The notes beneath the pieces are model-generated. The model did not search any database. It saw nothing but the letters and a program-made list of their open reading frames with translations, and was not told the origin of the DNA. Both the position numbers and the translations under genes were made by a program. Source: an uncultured Acidobacteriota bacterium (GTDB lineage Bacteria; Acidobacteriota; Thermoanaerobaculia; Gp7-AA8). From it: a stretch of DNA of 64,000 bases. Below, piece after piece: positions 1-10,432 of this stretch (position 1 is the stretch's first letter; the number at the start of each line of letters is the position of its first letter). The stretch spans positions 576,001-640,000 of the forward strand of contig CAVUKB010000005.1 in the NCBI GenBank assembly GCA_963741955.1, given 5' to 3'.

Positions 1-220
1 AGCGGGAGATCAGCGCGACCCGCTGGGCGGATTCGTCGTTCTTCGCCTCGTAGATGTCCATGAAGTCGTACGGGCCGAAGATCGCGTAGTGCGCGATGAA
101 CTTCACGTCCGGCACCTTCGTCTTCACCTTCTCCAGCCACGCCCTTCCCGCCTTCTGTCGTCCCTCGGAGTCCTTCAACGAGCCCGGAGCGAGACGCGTC
201 ATCAGCACGAATGTCGGCAT
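1..220 (-). CDS. GYD domain-containing protein (runs off window edge)
   Basis: Manual translation from ATG at 220: MPTFVLMTRLAPG...HYAIFGPYDFMDIYEA, containing a G-x-YD motif; not in the ORF track because it is truncated. Confidence 0.7.
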   Translation of the reverse strand, partial: MPTFVLMTRLAPGSLKDSEGRQKAGRAWLEKVKTKVPDVKFIAHYAIFGPYDFMDIYEAKNDESAQRVALISR

Positions 221-237
221 GAGTCACCCCCAAAAAC

Positions 238-291
238 ATCTGTTATCTGTTATCTGCTATCTGTTATCTGTTATCTGCTATCTGCTATCTG
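238..291. repeat. 7-bp tandem repeat (ATCTGYT), ~8 units
   Basis: atctgtt/atctgct units seen directly in intergenic DNA. Confidence 0.9.
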
Positions 292-544
292 GGGATCTTG
301 GGATCTGGAGCCTGAGGTTCGATCGATCAGATATCAGATCGCAGATTCCCAGATAGAACGGATGTCTCTATGTGTGGTCGAGGGTGGCGGGATGTCAACA
401 TCGAGCGGCGAGCGGCCCGGATCGACCAGGTTACGCCGCCTTTCAGGCTGTCCGAATTCTGCGTTCGGCCTCGCCAATGCAATGGCGGGGCTGTTGAGCC
501 GGGAGTCTGCGCGTGCGGCCCGCTCGCCGCTCGTCGCTCGTCGC

Positions 545-1288
545 TCATCCCTTCGCGAGCAGCTGGCGCACGGCGCGGGTCTCTTCGAGGAGCCGCGTCG
601 CGGCCGCGACGGCATCGACGGATTCGACGGCGGTCACGGAGTGGTGGTCCTCCGGATCGCCGAGCCCCGCATCGCGACGGCGGCGGACTCCTTCGCGCAC
701 CACGTCACGGATCTCCTGAGCATTCGAGACCCCGCGAAAGTAGGCGACGTGCATCGGCTCGACCAGCGGCTGCTGTTTGCTGCCGTGCGTCCCTGCCGCA
801 CCGCTCGACCCCCTTCCGGCCGTCCGCACTTCAACGTCGGCGATCCCGAGGAGTCGTTCGAGCGGTCCCTGGCGGATGGAGATGTTCTGGATGTTCGCGA
901 AGGTCATGGTCTTCTCCCGCACGGTGACGATCCCTTCCCGGATCCGGATCGCACGATCGGAGACCATGTACCAGCGCATCTCGTAGTCGAGACGGCGCAC
1001 CGCGAGCCCGAAAACCAGGTGACCCGCAAAAAGGAGCCAGATCACCACGTCGAGTGCGATCAGCACTTCCGTGGCCGCCTCTGACGCGCCGCCACCGAGC
1101 GTGATCGCCATCACCACGGTGAGGCCGACCGCTGCGACCAGGAGCGCGAATTGCGCACCACCCCATCGGATCACCAGGAGCCGGAAGTAGTTCTCCCCGG
1201 CGCGGAACACGCGCGGGGGCGATCCCGGCGGCGGCTCCGGCTCGGCGGGAACGCGGAAGAGGCGGAGCACCGGCCCGCGCCAGTTCAT
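545..1288 (-). CDS. Membrane protein with bacterial PH (bPH_2/YdbS-like) domain
   Basis: Start MNWRGP overlaps the upstream stop; two TM helices then IRIREGIVTVREKTMTFANIQNISIRQGPLERLLGIADVEVRTAG. Confidence 0.8.
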   Translation of the reverse strand: MNWRGPVLRLFRVPAEPEPPPGSPPRVFRAGENYFRLLVIRWGGAQFALLVAAVGLTVVMAITLGGGASEAATEVLIALDVVIWLLFAGHLVFGLAVRRLDYEMRWYMVSDRAIRIREGIVTVREKTMTFANIQNISIRQGPLERLLGIADVEVRTAGRGSSGAAGTHGSKQQPLVEPMHVAYFRGVSNAQEIRDVVREGVRRRRDAGLGDPEDHHSVTAVESVDAVAAATRLLEETRAVRQLLAKG

Positions 1289-1809
1289 CGCGATCTCTCC
1301 GCCGTCCGCGCGAGCTCTTCGCGGATCCCGTGCATCTCCGAAGCGACCTCGGTGAGGATCCGGGCGAGATCGTCCGGCTCGGATGCCGCAGCGGGTCGGC
1401 CCGCTGCTCCCGGACTCTGCACCCCGCGCATGCGTGAATAGAGGTAGTCTCGTACCGCGGCAAAACGGTGGATCCCCTCGATCACCATCTCCGCATCGGA
1501 GCTGCCGCTCGCGGTCTGGATCTGGATCCGCGCGAGTCCGAGCCACCGCTCGACGAAGTTGCTGACCAGATGGATGTCCTGGATCCGCGCATAGGTCAGC
1601 GTGATCTCGCGGCGGAACAGAATCCCCCATCGCATGGAGATCCCTTCCCCGTCGAATTCGTAGCGCATGGTATGGAAGCGGAAATAGAGAGGGATGAGCG
1701 GAATGAAGAACAACGGCCCGAGGAGCAGCGAGGTGATGAAGTAATAGCGGAATAGCGCCGGGTCGGGACGCCGGATGGTGAAAATCTCCCGTTCGAGCTC
1801 TGCATTCAT
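1285..1809 (-). CDS. Bacterial PH (bPH_2) domain membrane protein
   Basis: GISMRWGILFRREITLTYARIQDIHLVSNFVERWLGLARIQIQTASG pattern. Confidence 0.8.
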   Translation of the reverse strand: MNAELEREIFTIRRPDPALFRYYFITSLLLGPLFFIPLIPLYFRFHTMRYEFDGEGISMRWGILFRREITLTYARIQDIHLVSNFVERWLGLARIQIQTASGSSDAEMVIEGIHRFAAVRDYLYSRMRGVQSPGAAGRPAAASEPDDLARILTEVASEMHGIREELARTAERSR

Positions 1810-1895
1810 CTCTCGATCATAACTCTCATTCGTTCCGGTGACGCCGGCTGCCGGAGGGATTAGATTGGCGAAAGAAGATCGAAGAGGAGGAAGCG

Positions 1896-2552
1896 ATGGG
1901 AATCCTCAAAGACGACGATCGGAAGGAGATCGGAAAGATCTTCGACGCTCTCGAGAATCCGGTGACACTGATCAACGTCACCCAGAGCTTCGAATGCGAG
2001 ACCTGCCACGACACGCGGGAGCTGCTCGAGGAGCTCAGCGCACTCTCGGAGAAGGTCCGGTTCGAAGTGATCGATTTCGTGAAGGAGAAGGCGAGAGTCG
2101 ACGCGCTCGGAGTGGATAAGATTCCGGCCACCGTTCTGGTCGGCGATGACGATCGCGGGATCCGCTTCTACGGAATCCCGGTCGGTTACGAGTTCGCGAC
2201 CCTCCTCGAAGACATCGTGATGGTGTCGAAGCGTGAGTCGGGCCTCTCTCCCGCATCGAAGGAAAAGCTCGCGGCCGTGACCACTCCGGTGCATCTGGAA
2301 GTGCTGGTCACACCCACGTGACCGTACTGTCCGCAGGCGGTCCGCCTGGCGCATCAGATGGCGTACGAAAACGAGCACATCACCGCCGACATGGTGGAAG
2401 TCACCGAGTTCCCGCAGATCGCGCAGCGCTACCACGTGATGGGAGTGCCGAAGACGATGATCAACGGTTCGGAGGGTGTCGACGGCGCCGTCCCGGAATC
2501 GCACATGGTCGAGCGGATTCTGTCGGGACTCGAACCGCACCCGATGAGTTGA
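1896..2552 (+). CDS. Two-thioredoxin-fold protein disulfide oxidoreductase (glutaredoxin-like/AhpF-NTD type), selenoprotein with UPYC motif
   Basis: ORFs 1896-2321 and 2358-2552 share one frame; TGA at 2319-2321 sits in VTPT-*-PYCPQAV (CxxC position); N-terminal CETC motif. Confidence 0.85.
2334..2348 (+). promoter_or_regulatory. Candidate bacterial SECIS hairpin
   Basis: CAGGCG-GTC-CGCCTG stem-loop with apical G about 19 nt 3' of the UGA. Confidence 0.6.
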
Positions 2553-2663
2553 TGAAGAAGCGCGAGTGCGGCTCCCGGAGCCCGCAGGATTCGCGAAGAG
2601 TCCAGCGACGCAGGCCGGCGCGGGAGCACCGGCCTGCGTCGTTCCGGAGGAACGCTCCGGCGA

Positions 2664-4067
2664 TCACATATTGATCATGTGACCCATCAGGCCGTGCGCC
2701 GCTTCCTTGATCGCCTCGCTGAGAGTCGGATGCGCGTGCACGTTGCGCGCGACCTCCTCCGCCGTCAGCTCCCACTTCTGGGCGAGCGTCAGCTCGGGAA
2801 GGAGCTCCGTCACGTCGGGTCCGATCAGGTGCCCGCCGAGGAGCTCTCCGTATTTCTTGTCGGCGATCAGCTTGACGAATCCGGCCGTGTCCCCGAGTCC
2901 ATGGGCCTTCCCGTTCGCAGTGAAAGGGAACTTGGCGACGGTGACGTCGAAGCCCTTCTCTCTCGCCTGCTTCTCGGTGTAGCCGAAGCTCGCGATCTGC
3001 GGCTGGCAGTACGTCGCGCGCGGCATCATCACGTAGTCGAGGGTGATGGTCTCCACTCCCTTGATGTTCTCCGCCGCGATCACACCCATCGCCTCCGCGA
3101 CGTGCGCCAGCATCAGCTTCGCCGTGACGTCACCGATGGCGTAGATGTGCGGCACGCTGGTCTGCATCTTCTCGTTGATGTCCACCGCTCCGCGGTCGGT
3201 GAGCTTCACTCCGCTCTTCTCCAGACCGTAGCCTTCCACCCGCGGCTTGAAACCGATCGCCTGAAGCACCTTCTCTGCTTCGAGCACCTGCTCCTTCCCG
3301 TCGGATCCCTTGACGGTGACCTTCACGTTCGATCCGGTGTCTTCGATCGACTGGACGGCAGTGCCGGTGAGGATCTTGATGCCTCTCTTCTTGTACTGGC
3401 GCTGCAGCTCCTTGGAGACCTCTTCGTCCTCGAGCGGAACGGCGCGCTCGAGGAATTCGACGATCGTCACGTCGACGCCGTAGCTGTTCATCACGTACGC
3501 GAACTCGACCCCGATCGCTCCCGCTCCGGCGATGATGATGCTCTTCGGGAGCTTCTCGTCGAGGATCTGCTCCTCGTACGTCACCACGCGCTCGCTGAGC
3601 TTCGTACCGGGAATCAGCCGGGTGGTCGCTCCGGTCGCCAGGATGCAGTGCTTGAAGCGGAGGGTTTCCTTCTTTTCGTCGTTGAGCTCGACTTCCATCG
3701 AGTGCGGATCGGTGAACGTCGCCCATCCGTCGATCTCATCGATCTTGTTCTTCTTCATCAGGAAATGAACGCCCTTGACTCTCCCGTCCGCCACGCTGCG
3801 GCTCCGCTGGTACGCCGCGCCGTAGTCGAATTTGACGTTCCCTTCCACTTCGATCCCGAAGGTCTTCGCCTCGTGCTGGAAAATGTTGACCAGCTCGGCG
3901 TTGCGGAGCAGCGCCTTGGAGGGAATGCAGCCGACGTTGAGGCAGACTCCACCCCAGTACTTCTTCTCCACGATCGCGGTCTTCATCCCCAGCTGGCTCG
4001 CACGAATGGCGGCAACGTAGCCACCCGGTCCCGCTCCGAGTACGATCACATCGTATTCCCTGGCCAT
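2664..4067 (-). CDS. lpdA: Dihydrolipoyl dehydrogenase
   Basis: [16 protein letters not shown] motif, [13 protein letters not shown] redox disulfide, C-terminal HAHPTLSE; likely start MAREYD. Confidence 0.95.
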   Translation of the reverse strand: MAREYDVIVLGAGPGGYVAAIRASQLGMKTAIVEKKYWGGVCLNVGCIPSKALLRNAELVNIFQHEAKTFGIEVEGNVKFDYGAAYQRSRSVADGRVKGVHFLMKKNKIDEIDGWATFTDPHSMEVELNDEKKETLRFKHCILATGATTRLIPGTKLSERVVTYEEQILDEKLPKSIIIAGAGAIGVEFAYVMNSYGVDVTIVEFLERAVPLEDEEVSKELQRQYKKRGIKILTGTAVQSIEDTGSNVKVTVKGSDGKEQVLEAEKVLQAIGFKPRVEGYGLEKSGVKLTDRGAVDINEKMQTSVPHIYAIGDVTAKLMLAHVAEAMGVIAAENIKGVETITLDYVMMPRATYCQPQIASFGYTEKQAREKGFDVTVAKFPFTANGKAHGLGDTAGFVKLIADKKYGELLGGHLIGPDVTELLPELTLAQKWELTAEEVARNVHAHPTLSEAIKEAAHGLMGHMINM

Positions 4068-4394
4068 CAGAATCTCCTCACGACAGGACTGCCAGCCCGC
4101 CTCACACGGTCTCTGCTGCGGAGACGGTGTGAGAGATCCGGGCTTGCCCCGGTTTTTCGCCGGTTCCGCCCGGCGGCTGGTCATTGTATGACAAGTGAGA
4201 TCGCGGATCGCGAATTGTGGATCGTGGATCTGCCGTCACGTCTCGAACCGGTCGACCACGTCGTACGCGACGGAGTGCTGCGAGGGTGGGCTCGTTCCAG
4301 ATCCACTCCCAATGGAATTCGAACGCCGGTCGATCCGCTTTTGAAAGTCTCGAACCGGCCTGATCGCGCGGGCCAGACCTTCGATTCGCGACTG

Positions 4395-4561
4395 TCGATC
4401 CTCGATCCACGATCCTCGATCCTCGATCCTCGATCCTCGATCCACGATCCTCGATCCTCGATCCTCGATCCACGATCCTCGATCCTCGATCCACGATCCA
4501 CGATCCTCGATCCACGATCCACGATCCTCGATCTTCGATCCTCGATCCTCGATCCTCGATC
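4395..4561. repeat. 7-bp tandem repeat (GATCCTC/GATCCAC), ~24 units
   Basis: Directly visible array between divergent lpdA and the MutS-V gene. Confidence 0.95.
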
Positions 4562-4576
4562 TCAGATGCCTTTAAG

Positions 4577-6265
4577 ATGCCTACTCCCTTTCTTTTCGGA
4601 GCTGCCGGCGCGATCGCGCTCTTCTTTCTCTGGACGCGACTCCGGACCATGAGCTCGCACCGTGACCGGTTGCAACATTTCCGCCGTCACTGGGGACGCG
4701 CAGTCGACCGGCGCCGCGATTTCGACGACATCTCTCTCCTCTTCCGCCTCTCCGCCGAGGGGGACGGGTCTCCATCACTCGACGAGCGGAGCTGGGAAGA
4801 CCTCGACCTCGATTCCGTTTTCGCGGCGATCGACCGCACCGGTTCGCCGGCGGGCCAGCAGGTCCTCTACTCCCGGATGCGTCACGCGGGCCTCGGGGAG
4901 AAAGAGCTGTCGGAGTTCGACACTCTCGTAGACCGGCTGCAACGCGATCGGGGAATCCGCGAGAAGCTGCAGCTCGCGATCGACCGGCTCAGTCACGCCG
5001 ATGCCCACTATCTTCCGTGGCTCTTTCTCGACGAGCTCCCTCCCCGCCCCCGGTTCCGCTGGATCTTTCCTCTGCTGACCACATCTGCGGTTGCGGCGAC
5101 GGTACTCACTGTCGCCGATCCCAGATTCATCCTTCTCGTGCTGGCGGTCATCGTGGCGAACATCGCAGTTCATCTCCTGTACCGCAGCCGGATCACCCGC
5201 TTCATTCATCCGCTCCGGCTTCTCAACGCGCTCGTCGACACCGCGGGGCGCGTAGGAAAGATCGATCCGGAAAGAGGACGGACCGGACGTCTGGCCCGGC
5301 TCTCGAGCGAGCTCAAACCCCTGCAGCGTGCCACGTCGTGGCTCCGCTTCGAGAGCGAAGCCTCGTCGGACGAGCTGTCGAAAATCGTCTACTCCTACTT
5401 CAACATGTTCCTCATCATCGACGTGAACGTCTTCGTCTTCGCGCTCGAAGGCGTCCGCCGCAACCAGGCGAAGATCCGTGAAGCGTTCGAGCGGATCGGC
5501 GAGATCGACGCGGCGATCTCGGTGGCGTCGTGGCGCGGATCGCTCCCGTCGTACTCGGTTCCACGCTTTACAGCGACTCCCGGACTCTCGGCCACCCGCG
5601 TCTACCATCCACTCCTCGCCGAACCGGTTCCCAACGACATCCGCATCGACGGAGAATCGGTCCTGATCACCGGCTCGAACATGTCCGGCAAGAGTACGTT
5701 TCTCCGCACCATCGGCGTCAACGCGGTGCTTGCGCGATCGATCGCGACGGTCGCCGCAACGTCGTGGGCCGCCCCTTCGCTGCGCCTTCTCACGTCGATC
5801 GGCCGCGGCGACAGTCTTCTCGAAGGAAAGTCCTACTACCTCGGCGAGATCGAGCGCATCGGCGAGATGCTCGTCGCGAGCGACAGCCGCGAACCTCATC
5901 TCTTCCTGATCGACGAGCTTTTTCGCGGAACGAATACCATCGAGCGTGTCGCGGCGGCAGAAGCCGTGCTTCGCTATCTCTCCGGACGGGGACATCTTCT
6001 GTTCGTCGCCACGCACGATCTCGAGCTGTGCGATAGACTCGACAGGGACTTCGTCTTCCGTCATTTCCGCGAATCGGTCGACCAGGGAGAGCTGTCGTTC
6101 GACTACACCATGCGCGAAGGGATTTCTTCGACCCGGAACGCGATTGCTCTTCTGGAGCTGATGAAGTACCCGCAGACGGTGGTCGACGATGCGCTCGCCG
6201 CCGTCTCGAAGAGTCCGCAGGTGGCGGCACGAGCCGAACAGGAACCGGAGGAGATCTCGTCATGA
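4577..6265 (+). CDS. MutS domain V ATPase family protein with membrane segments
   Basis: LITGSNMSGKSTFLR Walker A, FLIDELFRGTN, VATHDLEL; no mismatch-recognition domain; hydrophobic helices. Confidence 0.85.
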   Translation: MPTPFLFGAAGAIALFFLWTRLRTMSSHRDRLQHFRRHWGRAVDRRRDFDDISLLFRLSAEGDGSPSLDERSWEDLDLDSVFAAIDRTGSPAGQQVLYSRMRHAGLGEKELSEFDTLVDRLQRDRGIREKLQLAIDRLSHADAHYLPWLFLDELPPRPRFRWIFPLLTTSAVAATVLTVADPRFILLVLAVIVANIAVHLLYRSRITRFIHPLRLLNALVDTAGRVGKIDPERGRTGRLARLSSELKPLQRATSWLRFESEASSDELSKIVYSYFNMFLIIDVNVFVFALEGVRRNQAKIREAFERIGEIDAAISVASWRGSLPSYSVPRFTATPGLSATRVYHPLLAEPVPNDIRIDGESVLITGSNMSGKSTFLRTIGVNAVLARSIATVAATSWAAPSLRLLTSIGRGDSLLEGKSYYLGEIERIGEMLVASDSREPHLFLIDELFRGTNTIERVAAAEAVLRYLSGRGHLLFVATHDLELCDRLDRDFVFRHFRESVDQGELSFDYTMREGISSTRNAIALLELMKYPQTVVDDALAAVSKSPQVAARAEQEPEEISS

Positions 6266-7038
6266 TCGCGATCACCCGTCCCGTCAGTCGATCGATCGAC
6301 CGCTGCGAGCTGACGCACCTCGCGCGAACTCCGATCGACTACGACAATGCCGCACGGCAACACGCCCACTACGAAAAGGCACTCCGGTTCCTCGGCGTGG
6401 AACTGGTCCGGCTCGAACCGCTCGACGCCCTCCCCGATGCAGTATTCGTGGAAGACACTGCGGTCGTCTTCGACGAGCTCGCCGTCCTGACCCGTCCGGG
6501 CGCGGAGTCGCGGAGGGCCGAAGTCGACGCGATGGAGCCGGTTCTCGCTCCCTATCGCCGGATCGAACGAATCACCGCACCGGCCACGCTCGACGGCGGC
6601 GACGTCCTCCGCATCGGCAGAAAAGTGTGGGTCGGAATCTCCGGACGCACGAATCAGGAAGGGGTCGATCAGCTCCGCGCGATCCTCGCTCCGTTCGGCT
6701 ACGAGGTGCAGTGCCTCGACGTCTTCGGCTGCCTTCATCTCAAATCGGCGGTGACTCTGGTACGCGAGACTCCGCAGCCGCTGCTCCTTCTCAACCCTGC
6801 CTGGGTCGATCCCTCCGCGTTCGCGCCGATGGAGAGCATCGCCGTTGCGCCGGAGGAACCGATGGCCGCCAACGCGCTTCTGGCCGGAGACGCGGTCGTC
6901 TTCCCGTCGGAGTTTCCTCTCACCGTGCAGCGGCTGCGCGAGCGCGGTCTCCGGGTCCTGGAGGTCGAGGCGTCGGAGCTCGCAAAAGCCGAGGGCGGCG
7001 TGACCTGCTGCAGTCTTCTGCTGGACCGGCGGGACTGA
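6262..7038 (+). CDS. Dimethylarginine dimethylaminohydrolase family (amidinotransferase fold)
   Basis: PDAVFVEDTAV, LDGGDVL, LHLKS, GGVTCCS motifs. Confidence 0.9.
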   Translation: MIAITRPVSRSIDRCELTHLARTPIDYDNAARQHAHYEKALRFLGVELVRLEPLDALPDAVFVEDTAVVFDELAVLTRPGAESRRAEVDAMEPVLAPYRRIERITAPATLDGGDVLRIGRKVWVGISGRTNQEGVDQLRAILAPFGYEVQCLDVFGCLHLKSAVTLVRETPQPLLLLNPAWVDPSAFAPMESIAVAPEEPMAANALLAGDAVVFPSEFPLTVQRLRERGLRVLEVEASELAKAEGGVTCCSLLLDRRD

Positions 7039-7114
7039 GCGGAATCTTGCCTCCGCGCCTCCTCTGACGGAGAATGACTCCTCACCCGAAGTGCAGGAAG
7101 CTGAGGAGGCTCTC

Positions 7115-7573
7115 ATGAAACGACTGATCTGTGCCCTGCTGTTCGCCGCACTCTGCGTGACACCCGTCGTCGCGCAGGAACATCCCGAACACCCGACCCA
7201 CGGCAAAGACGCCGGAAAAGCGAAACCGGTCGACGTCAACGCGCTCGAGACCGCGATTCAGAAGATCGTGGCCGATCAATCCCACGACGGCTGGTACGGA
7301 TTGAAAGACGACCAGACGAACCAGACCCGCGAGCTGCAGCTCGTGAAGGTTCACAAAGACCGGCTGAGCCGGGTCGCACCGAAGACCTACTTCGCCTGCG
7401 TCGACATGAAGCAGAAGGACGGCACGATGGTCGACGTCGACTTCTTCCTCGACGAAACCGATCACGGCCTGACGATGAAGGACGAGACGGTTCACAAGAT
7501 CGATGGGAAAGCGCGGTACGACTGGAAAGAGAAAGAGGACGGGACCTGGGAGCGGGTGCCCGTGACGGAGTGA
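7115..7573 (+). CDS. Secreted hypothetical protein with N-terminal EHPEHP motif
   Basis: GAGG RBS, signal peptide MKRLICALLFAALCVTPVVA, strong codon bias. Confidence 0.7.
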   Translation: MKRLICALLFAALCVTPVVAQEHPEHPTHGKDAGKAKPVDVNALETAIQKIVADQSHDGWYGLKDDQTNQTRELQLVKVHKDRLSRVAPKTYFACVDMKQKDGTMVDVDFFLDETDHGLTMKDETVHKIDGKARYDWKEKEDGTWERVPVTE

Positions 7574-7646
7574 CTCACGGCTGACGCGAGAGTTCCGGTT
7601 GCGGTCAGGCCCCGGAGCCTGACCGCGACGATCTCAGGAGATCCGC

Positions 7647-8143
7647 TCAGTCGTTCGTCTCGTCATCCTCTCCAGCCTCGCGCCGGATCGTCTCGAGCTC
7701 GGCAATGACCTCGAGGTCTTTCGGTCGTCCCGCCGCGCGCTTCATCGAGATCAGGGAATCGAGGTCTGCACAACGGCATTCGAAGCCGAAGAGCTCGACG
7801 GTCATCGCACCGTCGAGCAAATCTCGGTACGAACCTCCACCGGCGACCTCCCCGAGAAGGTCGATAGACCCGATGTCCGTCGTCAGGGTGGCTTGAGCCC
7901 CCGCCGAAGGGTCGGAAGATCGAACGAGAACGGAAGCCCTGGAGGTGCACCGCGCAGATACGGGTGGATCGGCGCCAGCGCTTCCACGAGACGGGCGAGA
8001 TTCTCCGGCGACCGCGCGTAGACGATGTCGAGAACGGAGGTGAGTCTCGACGACCCATGAATGGTCGCAGCGACTCCACCGACGACGATGAAATCGACTC
8101 GCGTTTCGACGAGGCGTCCGAGGAGTCCGCGAAAATCAACCAC
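7647..8143 (-). pseudogene. Nucleotidyltransferase-fold protein, frameshifted near 7890
   Basis: FIVVGGVAATIHGSSRLTSVLDIV N-terminus; C-terminus TLTTDIGSIDLLGEVAGG...MKRAAGRPKDLEVIAELE continues in another frame. Confidence 0.7.
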
Positions 8144-8330
8144 GCTTCCGCCGTCGCGCTCTTCGTCCCGCCGCGTGCAGCTCCTCCGCGAGCTTCTGCA
8201 GCTCCTGAAGTGCGAGAAGCCGTTCCTCGGGGGTCTTTTTCAGGTTCTCCCGGATCAGAGTCCGATCGACGTCCTTCATGTAGACGGCAACGACCGGGTC
8301 GATCGGCTGCTCGGAGCGTTTCGCCTTCAT
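8136..8330 (-). CDS. Small hypothetical protein, partner of the downstream nucleotidyltransferase
   Basis: DVDRTLIRENLKKTPEERL; overlaps the NTase start. Confidence 0.65.
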   Translation of the reverse strand: MKAKRSEQPIDPVVAVYMKDVDRTLIRENLKKTPEERLLALQELQKLAEELHAAGRRARRRKRG

Positions 8331-8339
8331 CGGTTCATT

Positions 8340-10016
8340 CTACTGCGCCTGCATCCGCAGTTTCTCGAGGAGTTCCTTCTCCCCTTCCGCGTGGAGCTCC
8401 TTCGCCTTCGCCCACGCCGCATCGGCGCGATCGAGAAGCTCCTTCGCCTTCTTCGGAGCCGTCAGGCCCGACATGTTGATGCAGACGTTCTGATACGCCC
8501 CCGCAGCCGCGGCACGCGCCATCTGCACGCCCACACCCGCATCCGAGAGCGATGCCTGGAGCCCGATCCGCCCGATCTCGCGACAGAGCTCGATCACCTC
8601 CGGAGAGAGCTCCAGCACTCCGAGCGGAATCTCGATCGCACCGACTGTCGCCGCGAGCATCGCCGCATCGCGCGCGGCGATCTCCTCGTCCGTCTCTTTC
8701 CGCATCCGCATCGCGTCGAGCAGACGATCGAACGCCGCAGTGTCCGCGTCGACCGCACCGAGGAGCTCATCCTTGAGCTGCTGTGCCCGGAGGCCGATCC
8801 GTTCGTAATCGGGCTGCTTCGCCTCCATCCCTTTCTTCGCGTGGCTCAGCAGCGAGACCATCGCCGCGAGGCCCGCCGCCATCGCTCCTGCGAGCGCCGC
8901 GACCGATCCCCCTCCGGGAGCGGGTGAGTCGCTCGAGAGCTCGTCCGTGAAATCGCGGATCGACATCGAGACGAGATGGCCTTCGTTCGCCAGCCGGTAC
9001 TCGATCACCCGCTCCTTCGGATCGAACGGCTTCACTTCGTTCAGACCGAGCGAGCGTACCGCGACGTGCACGAGCGTCGCCTCGGGGACGGCCGGTGAGC
9101 GTCCCATGCTGGTGATGTAATGCCGCCCCGCCTCGAGCAGAACGGATTTCGGCACCAGTCCCACCAGCTCGGAGCCCGTGACGCGGATGCCACGCTCCCG
9201 CGCCCGTTCGTCGCACGTGTCGAACGCGATGTGGAGCGGAGTCGTCTCGAGGTCGGTCAGATTCATCGACACCTGCGCGCAGCCGAACTCCGGGATCACC
9301 CATCCCACCGCCTTGACCGACTTGAGGATTCCCGGCTCCCAGACCGGTTCACCCTTCGCGTCGAGAATCGGTTCCCCCTTCTCGTCACGCTTCACGCGTC
9401 CGCGCTCCCGGACGTCGAACGCGACGCGGTTCGCCAGCCGCCTGTCGAGCGTATTCAGGTTCACGTTGTACGCGACGAGGAACTTCCTCGCTCCGATCGC
9501 GGTCGCGCCGCAGCGTGGGTTGAATTCCGCGGGACCGAAGTCCGGCTTCCACTTCTGATCGACGATCTTGTGGGCCAGGCCTTCGTATTCGCCTTCACGA
9601 ATGTCGGCCAGGTTTCTCCGGTACTCCGCGGATGCGGCATGCTCGTAGAGATAGACCGGAACCTTCAGCTCCCGCCCGACCCGCTCGCCAAGCTTCCTCG
9701 CGAGCTCGGCGCATTCGTCCATCGTCACGTCCGCTACGGGGACGAACGGTACGACGTCGACCGCTCCCATCCGCGGATGCGCTCCCTTGTGCGTCGACAT
9801 GTCGATCAGGCCGATCGACTTCTCGATCAGGCGAAACGCTCCCTCCACCACCGCTTCGGGCGATCCGACGAACGTGATCACCGTCCGGTTCGTTTCCGCT
9901 CCCGGGTCGATGTTCAGCAGGGTGACCCCGTTCACGCTCGCCGCGGCAGCCGCCGCTTCATACACGTCGGCCCGACGGCCCTCGGAGATATTCGGTACGC
10001 ATTCGACGATCTTCAT
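8340..10016 (-). CDS. ftcD: Glutamate formiminotransferase / formiminotetrahydrofolate cyclodeaminase (bifunctional)
   Basis: MKIVECVPNISEGR, HPRMGAVDVVPFVP, C-terminal SPAPGGGSVAA. Confidence 0.93.
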   Translation of the reverse strand: MKIVECVPNISEGRRADVYEAAAAAASVNGVTLLNIDPGAETNRTVITFVGSPEAVVEGAFRLIEKSIGLIDMSTHKGAHPRMGAVDVVPFVPVADVTMDECAELARKLGERVGRELKVPVYLYEHAASAEYRRNLADIREGEYEGLAHKIVDQKWKPDFGPAEFNPRCGATAIGARKFLVAYNVNLNTLDRRLANRVAFDVRERGRVKRDEKGEPILDAKGEPVWEPGILKSVKAVGWVIPEFGCAQVSMNLTDLETTPLHIAFDTCDERARERGIRVTGSELVGLVPKSVLLEAGRHYITSMGRSPAVPEATLVHVAVRSLGLNEVKPFDPKERVIEYRLANEGHLVSMSIRDFTDELSSDSPAPGGGSVAALAGAMAAGLAAMVSLLSHAKKGMEAKQPDYERIGLRAQQLKDELLGAVDADTAAFDRLLDAMRMRKETDEEIAARDAAMLAATVGAIEIPLGVLELSPEVIELCREIGRIGLQASLSDAGVGVQMARAAAAGAYQNVCINMSGLTAPKKAKELLDRADAAWAKAKELHAEGEKELLEKLRMQAQ

Positions 10017-10110
10017 CCATCCTCCCAACCGCGGAATCGTATTCGGCCCTCGCCGATGCCGCAACCGCAAAGGCGGGTTCGAGGGTGGTGGCCGGACTGT
10101 GCGGAGCGTC

Positions 10111-10333
10111 GTGGCCGAACTTTCAAGAATCCACGGGCGAGCTTCGAGCGCTCCGTGTGCGGACGAGCAGATCGTCTTCGCAGCGCTGCTCCAAAAGTTT
10201 GGTGAAACGCACCGACTCGCGCGGCACGCACGCGTTTACCAAACTTTTAGAGCCCGGATTCGCGGATCGAGCTGCGGCCACGGACCGATCGACACTCCGA
10301 ATCGCGGTCCATGGTCCTTGAAAGTTCGGCCAC
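10111..10333. repeat. ~220-bp MITE-like repeat, copy 1
   Basis: Terminal inverted repeat GTGGCCGAACTTTCAAG...CTTGAAAGTTCGGCCAC; homologous to 13180-13392 and 15968-16189. Confidence 0.85.
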
Positions 10334-10432
10334 AAACACCTGTTCCTCCGTTACAGCGCCGTGACGTCACGACCCGGTAACGAGTCGATCTCGAAGGAGA
10401 GGAAGCTCGCATTCGCGGGGCTATACTTCGGC

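Noticed and set aside
4102-4650. ORFs with IEDRGSR/SSILDPR peptide repeats
   Set aside because: Simple translations of the 7-bp DNA repeat, not credible proteins
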